Below are positions 56,826 through 64,000 of a stretch of 64,000 nt of DNA, one piece after another (within the stretch, counting starts at the first letter, position 1; the number at the start of each line of letters is the position of its first letter). The notes beneath the pieces are model-generated. The model was given only the letters and a program-made list of their open reading frames with translations, had not been told where the DNA came from and did not search any database. The position numbers and the translations under genes are program-made. The stretch is from the human T2T-CHM13v2.0 reference genome, Homo sapiens, in assembly GCF_009914755.1 (NCBI RefSeq), contig NC_060925.1; one strand, 5' to 3'.

Positions 56826-57137
56826 GCCAGGCGCAGTGGCTCACGCCTGTAATCCCAGCTCTTTGGGAGGCCGAGGTGGGTGCATCATTTGAGGTCAGGA
56901 GTTTGAGACCAACCTAGCCAACATGGTGAAACCAAGCCTCTACTAAAAATACAAAAATTAGCCGGGCTTGGTGGCGGGCGCCTGTAGTCTCAGCTACCCT
57001 GAAGGCTGAGGCTGAAGAATTGCTTGAACCTGGGAGGCGGAGGTTGCAGTGAGCCTAGATCACGCCACTGCATTTCAGCCTGGGTGACAGAGCGAGACTC
57101 CAGTCTCAAAAAAAAGAAAAAGAAAAAAGAAAAGAAA
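56826..57137 (+). mobile_element. AluSz-like
   Basis: Full dimer. Confidence 0.9.
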
Positions 57138-57282
57138 GCTAGTGGTCAGGAAACTATAGCTTTAGGAACAAACCATCTCAATTATACCTTAAGCTTTTAA
57201 GCAAATTATACTGAGGTTTTGCTAAAAACCTATACTTTTTTTTTAATGATTTAAAGGAATATTGATAAGACAACATGCTCAC

Positions 57283-57427
57283 CTCATGATGTATTCGCTG
57301 ATAAACTTTTTGTTCATTGTCTAATACTACAAAAGATTCAGAGGGCGCCGCATCCCCATTGAAAATGAAGCTTAGATCCCCTCGTTGGCACTTCATGTCA
57401 GTAAAGTCTATGAGAGTTGTGTCAAGC
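57283..57427 (-). CDS. ANKRD13C: ANKRD13C exon, 145 nt
   Basis: cacAG / GTGAGC; reads (R)LDTTLIDFTDMKCQRGDLSFIFNGDAAPSESFVVLDNEQKVYQRIHHE (contained in ORF 57178..57438). Confidence 0.95.
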
Positions 57428-57661
57428 CTGTGAAACATGGGTAGATGATAAACTCTGACAAATATAATTTTGATAAAACTTCACTAATAATTAAATAAGC
57501 TGTTCCTTTTAAACTCAAACCAAGATGCTAATACCATATTGCAAAGTCAAATTTATAGATAAAAACAAATTTATAGATAAAAACTAAATTTAAAATATTC
57601 TATTAAAAAACAAAACTACTTAAAGATATAATCCATTTTAGCTATATTTCACTTTTCTGAA

Positions 57662-57753
57662 TATACATATATATTTTCTGAATATATATACACACACATA
57701 TATATATATATATATACACATACACACACACATATATATATACACACACATAT
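57662..57753. repeat. Compound (TA)n/(CA)n microsatellite
   Basis: Alternating purine-pyrimidine tract. Confidence 0.9.
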
Positions 57754-58660
57754 TTCATTGACCCAGAAAAAAAGATGTTTCCCCATATTTGGGGTATTTC
57801 CCTTTCTGCTCCCTTGTTTCCTACCATTTCCCTTACTGTAGCTACTCAATAAAAGTGAACGGGGAAGGAAGAAAAGGAACACAGACCTGTCTGACATTAT
57901 TCGATCCCTTTAAGACCAGGTTGCTAGCTCAGCAGAGTATTTAAGACCAGACAGCAATGGATGGACCACATTCTTGGAATTGAGAACTCCTCTTCTGATA
58001 TACACCCGTAACCTTATGCCTAACCATCTGATACCAAACCTTGCTTTATCCTTCAACTTGATAAACCATTTAAATTCTTGGCCTTTGTATTTGACTTCTC
58101 AGATTTGGACTAATACTCTCTTTCCCAACCAATATCTCCACACCCTGGAAACCTTACAGATCATTCTGTATCTAATACTCATGGATTCACACATTTGTGT
58201 GTTTACTGTTCTCTTTGGTAACCTGGACCTGTCATGGTCTAGCCTAATGCGCTGGTCTCAAACAGTATTCCACAAAGCACTACTTGCCGAAATTAGGAAA
58301 AATACTGAAAATAAAAAGTTTACAATACACTGACGTGCTTCAGTCTTGCACATGGCTTTATAAATCACCAGATCAGGATCACCCCAGCTAATGGCTGCTC
58401 AAAACACACAGTCCTAAAGCCAAGAAACTGGTTGGCCCTGCTGTCAAAGGATGCTGATCACATCCCCAGGAAGCTCCTTTAAGGCTCCGTGAAAAATCCA
58501 CCCTGGCTACTGAATTTCTAATGCAACTGTAAGAATTCATTACTCTGTAGGTTTTTCAGTTCTCATCACAGACAAGGCAAAGTGAGTTGGTATTCTTGGT
58601 TTCCCTAGACAGGAAAAACAGAAATAAAACATGCCTCACATGCTGCATGAAAATAATAAC

Positions 58661-58780
58661 TAGGGTTACATAGAATTTATCATCAAAATTAATAAATCTA
58701 AGAATGAAAGTGACACTACTGACAATTCTGCCAGGAAAACAGGGGTGAGCCAGAGCAAAGAGGGAAGTATGGTTGCCTTA
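58661..58780 (+). mobile_element. MER94-like (hAT-Blackjack)
   Basis: tagggttacatagaatttatcatcaaaa ... gtatggttgcctta termini. Confidence 0.6.
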
Positions 58781-58961
58781 TGTATCAAGAAGCCCTAAAA
58801 AAGTAACTCATCAACTCACACAGGGGCGGCGGGGGGGCGGGGGGCTGCCTGTTGCTTTATAGCTGAATTCTAGCTTTTAGTCCACTCCCAGAAGCTAGAA
58901 TTCAGCTTTACTATTAAATAACACCTATCATTGCTTGAGCATGTGTCCTAAAAGAAAATAG

Positions 58962-59357
<396 letters not shown>

Positions 59358-60567
59358 TTATATGTAAGTGCACTATTTGGGCTCCAAGCTTCAGCTATCA
59401 GGGAATGTTATGCTCTACATAAAAGAAGAAATGGGCTAAAACAGTCTTCTGCCTCCATTCCCTGCTTGCCCATCATAGGTGAAAGTGGTAGTGGGTTGCC
59501 AGGAGTGGAGATGAAAAGGTGAGTAAAGAGATGCACAGAAAGACAGATAAAGAAAGACAAAGACAGACTGACATGGTGACCTTTGAGATTTTAGATCTAG
59601 CGATATGTAAAATTAGTTATAGAAACTTCCCAGTTATATAAATTAATACAGCCTATTTTTATTTCATTCGTGTTTCTATAATTTTGCAATAAAAAGGGTA
59701 ATACATTTTCTGTATATCCCTGACATATTAGATGACCTGGTAAGCTGCATCACATATGCCTCAGTAAATAATGTTAATTATCACGATAACATTTTAAAGT
59801 CCTCACTAGTCCTTGGCTTTAAGCCTATGAACCTAAATATTTTTAATTTTTCCCATGTAATTAGCCATGAAGAACAATAAGTTCTTTATACAAATGCAAA
59901 GATTTGAATAGAAAGTATTATTTTTAAGAAGAAAGCCTGAAAAAATGCCAAATAACACTGAAAAAAGGAACTAAAGGCTTCACTTCAGACAAGAAAATCC
60001 TGAAGTAAGACAAAAAGTGTACAAATATACTTTCAATCAGTGATTACAGATTACCTCTTAATTATTTGTATTTATGGTCAAAATCTTTGTTAGTACTCTC
60101 AAGAATAATGTTGCTCACACTTTCCTATTTCTACTAAAGTATTAGTTTCTCTTTGATACCAGAGAAGACATTTCAAATGATTACATGGCTGCCATGAAAT
60201 AAAAGTCAACTTAAAGATTTCTCTTTGAATATATTTTAAAATTTAGCTTTATTAAAATGGTGTTAAAAAATTGTCTCATGACATTTAAAATAGCAAGTTT
60301 TTATTTAATGTTAACAGATTTTTTCCTTTAGATTCTCATCACCTAGGCAAAAAACCTTTTGTCATACATCCTAAAAGCTATCCTCTCCATTAATCTGGTA
60401 AGCCTTGTTTGATGAGAGCTTTAGAACCTATCACATTTGTCCTTCATCCTTAGTTACTAGTAAGCCCCATGTCTAGTATCTTGCTAAGTTACTAACTTCC
60501 CCTTAACCTACAACTTTTCTCACAATTTTTCTCCCCCAGGCTTTTGCCCTCATGTTCCTGTTTTAAC

Positions 60568-61660
<1,093 letters not shown>

Positions 61661-62745
61661 AGAAATATCTACCTTAACCAAATTCTATTGCTTAAGGATA
61701 ATTACCCTAGAATTTACTTCCAACTAAAAGTTATTGCTTCACTAATTCAAAATACTAAACAATAAATTTCTCAGAAATAGCTGATTTTTAAAAACTTCTG
61801 CTTTGTGTCATGGTGAGAAGAACAACAAACAAGAAGTCAGAAGTCCTGGTTCAGCCATTAATTTGTAAAATGCTCTTGTAAAAAAAATCACTTAACTTCT
61901 CTTTCTCATCTCTAAATTAAGACTTTATATGAGATAATCCTTCAAGTTATTTCTAGTTCTAGACCCTTAAACTTTCAAATTAATATTCTGGAGATATACA
62001 GACACACACATACACAAAATTATATATATACATGTATACTATTTATAAATATACCAATATATGCACATATATACATAAAAGTTGGCATACTAACTAGCAT
62101 TATATATACTTTACAAATAGATAATTTATAAATATGGCTATATTATTATAAAGCAAAATAAAGAATCATGTAAGTTAAATAGATGTATTTTCTATCAGAT
62201 TCAAACATTAATCTTAGTTATAAAAGGAACAGAATGAGGAAAATTAAAATTAGCCTCAAAATATTCACTGGATTGGATAGATCAATGAATGAACAGATGA
62301 ACGGATACACGGATTAGTAAACAGGGGAAGGAAAGACATGAAAGAGATGGAGAAAAAGGCAAGAATTGGGTCTTCCTTATGTGTCCCTTATTCCTTAATA
62401 AATCCAGGATCAGGAAGGTAACCACTGTAAATCTTCTTAATATTACATCAAGATCCTCACTGTTTGCCTTCTGGATAGTCTGTAGTTAAATAAGAATAAT
62501 ATCTTTGCTTTAGTCAAGATTTTATGTCTTTTCCACTTTGAGTTTGTTCTCTAAGTAATAAAAAAATAAAAAAAGGTTCTATGTCTTTGGTTTTTTATCT
62601 ATTATGTCTCGAATGAGATAAAATATTGTGACTCTGTTACAGCATTTTAACGTCATAAAACACATGTAAGTTATGATTACAGGGAAAAAAATCTTCCTCT
62701 AAATCTCAACTTTCTTTTACTGAGAAAAAAATCAAATCACCTTAC

Positions 62746-62812
62746 CTGATATTGATACCTTGTTTGTATATTTTACATGCATCGGAAGGCAGAATTCGGG
62801 AAAGTAAAGGCA
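62746..62812 (-). CDS. ANKRD13C: ANKRD13C exon, 67 nt (5'-most exon in the window; gene continues past the right edge)
   Basis: tacAG / CAG|GTAAGG; reads (V)PLLSRILPSDACKIYKQGINI(R), start of the ANKRD13 GPCR-chaperone-type domain. Confidence 0.93.
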
Positions 62813-63776
62813 CTGTATTTTTAAAAACAAAAGGTAAAAAATAACTACCTAAATTTTGAGATATTTACAAACTTTTAAATTAAAAGAGTAATGTGACATT
62901 CTGTTATCAAATTATAATAATTTCCTTTCAAATAGTATTTTTCCATTTAAAAATAAATAAAATTTAAAAGGCAATTTTGAGCAACTTCAAATATCTACTA
63001 TTTACTTGTAATTTCTGTATAGTTTACTATACTCCCATCCCACCCACAAACAAGGGTAGCAGAGTCAATATGATGCCACTCAGGTACAGACTGCATATTA
63101 TAGATGAGTAAACAATAACCCTATGGTAACTAAACCCTCCTGAATGGGTAACCAGATAGACCTGAACCTTATCTAATTTTGTAAATATAATTTGGAAAAA
63201 TTGCAGTAAAGTAATGTGTATAATAGAAAGAGACATCTTTGAAGTGAGACAGTTAAATTTGAGTTTGAATCCCAAATATGTGCCTTGGTTATTTAGACTC
63301 AATGTACCTGAGTTTCAAAATCTGTAAAATGGGAATCATACTATTTATCTATAGATTTCTACATTCCTATGTTGCTATCTATAGCTCATATACATGCCAC
63401 AAGCCATATTCTGATAGTTTTTTATTATTTATTATCTGCTATTTTGGGGAGATAGGAGTTATTCTACAGATAAATAAAGCTGCATAACAGGCTATAATAA
63501 ACTACCACGTACAAAGAAATGAAAGAAATGTGAAGCTCAAAATTCTTGAAATTAAGACCATATCAGAGGTACATGTGTACATAAGTGTGTGTGTATCTGT
63601 CTGTGTGTAAGATACGGCAGATATATCTTACAAAATTTAGTGTTTTTAAAATGGGTGATAAATTAACCTGAGTTAGAAACAAAGACTCTAGAGAAAATTA
63701 AAGGCTAATTTCTTAGTTAACTTTTTCAAAAGCATCAACATTTTCTAATTAACATTAAAGATAAATACCTAATGCA

Positions 63777-63958
63777 GGCCCGGTATGGTAGCTCACACCT
63801 GTAATCCCAGCACTTTGAGAGGCCAAAGCGGATAAATCGCTTGAGCCCAGGAGTTCAAGACCGGCCTGGGCAACATGGCGAAACCCCATCTCTATCAAAC
63901 ATACAAAAATTAGCCAGTCTCATAAACCAGTCTCAAATAAATAAATAAACAAATAAAA
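63777..63958 (+). mobile_element. Alu left arm joined directly to an Alu 3' end (right arm missing)
   Basis: ...aaaattagccagtctcataaaccagtctcaaataaataaa. Confidence 0.8.
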
Positions 63959-64000
63959 TTTTTAAAATAAAAAAAATTTTAAATGCTGTAAAAAAGTACC

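Noticed and set aside
57178-57282. Read-through extension of exon 57283-57427 as an alternative C-terminus
   Set aside because: Good GTGAGC donor and no convincing nearby poly(A) signal; 34 open codons is unremarkable.
57974-58333. 119-aa ORF
   Set aside because: TTG start, no domain, no splice support; probably old repeat or neutral intron sequence.

Overview
Human (primate) genomic DNA, recognisable from the proteins it encodes as the SRSF11/ANKRD13C locus (1p31.1 from memory). Two genes converge tail-to-tail. The last 5 exons of SRSF11 are on the + strand (RS domain and charged C-terminal tail, stop at 7321, 3'UTR to about 9570). The last 8 exons of ANKRD13C are on the - strand (62812 down to the stop at 19241, 3'UTR to about 17110 or 15520). 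I assembled both by hand: all introns are GT-AG and the phases are consistent. Most of the rest is transposon-derived: about 49 Alu copies or fragments (one a human-specific AluYa5), L1/L2/MIR pieces, ERV/MaLR LTRs and Tigger/Charlie DNA transposons. Most ORFs in the six-frame track are Alu/L1 or AT-rich artefacts. I see no prokaryote-style novel system. The best leads are post-transcriptional: (1) a candidate 33-nt poison microexon in SRSF11 (3633-3665); (2) a candidate poison cassette in ANKRD13C (50024-50140); (3) a dense miRNA seed cluster in the ANKRD13C 3'UTR covering all four miR-17~92 seed families plus miR-29 and miR-181; (4) a distal poly(A) signal apparently created inside a Tigger3-type transposon; (5) a perfect 16-bp hairpin beside a G-rich tract; (6) very closely spaced inverted Alus. 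Repeat family names are by eye and from memory, and repeat boundaries are approximate.
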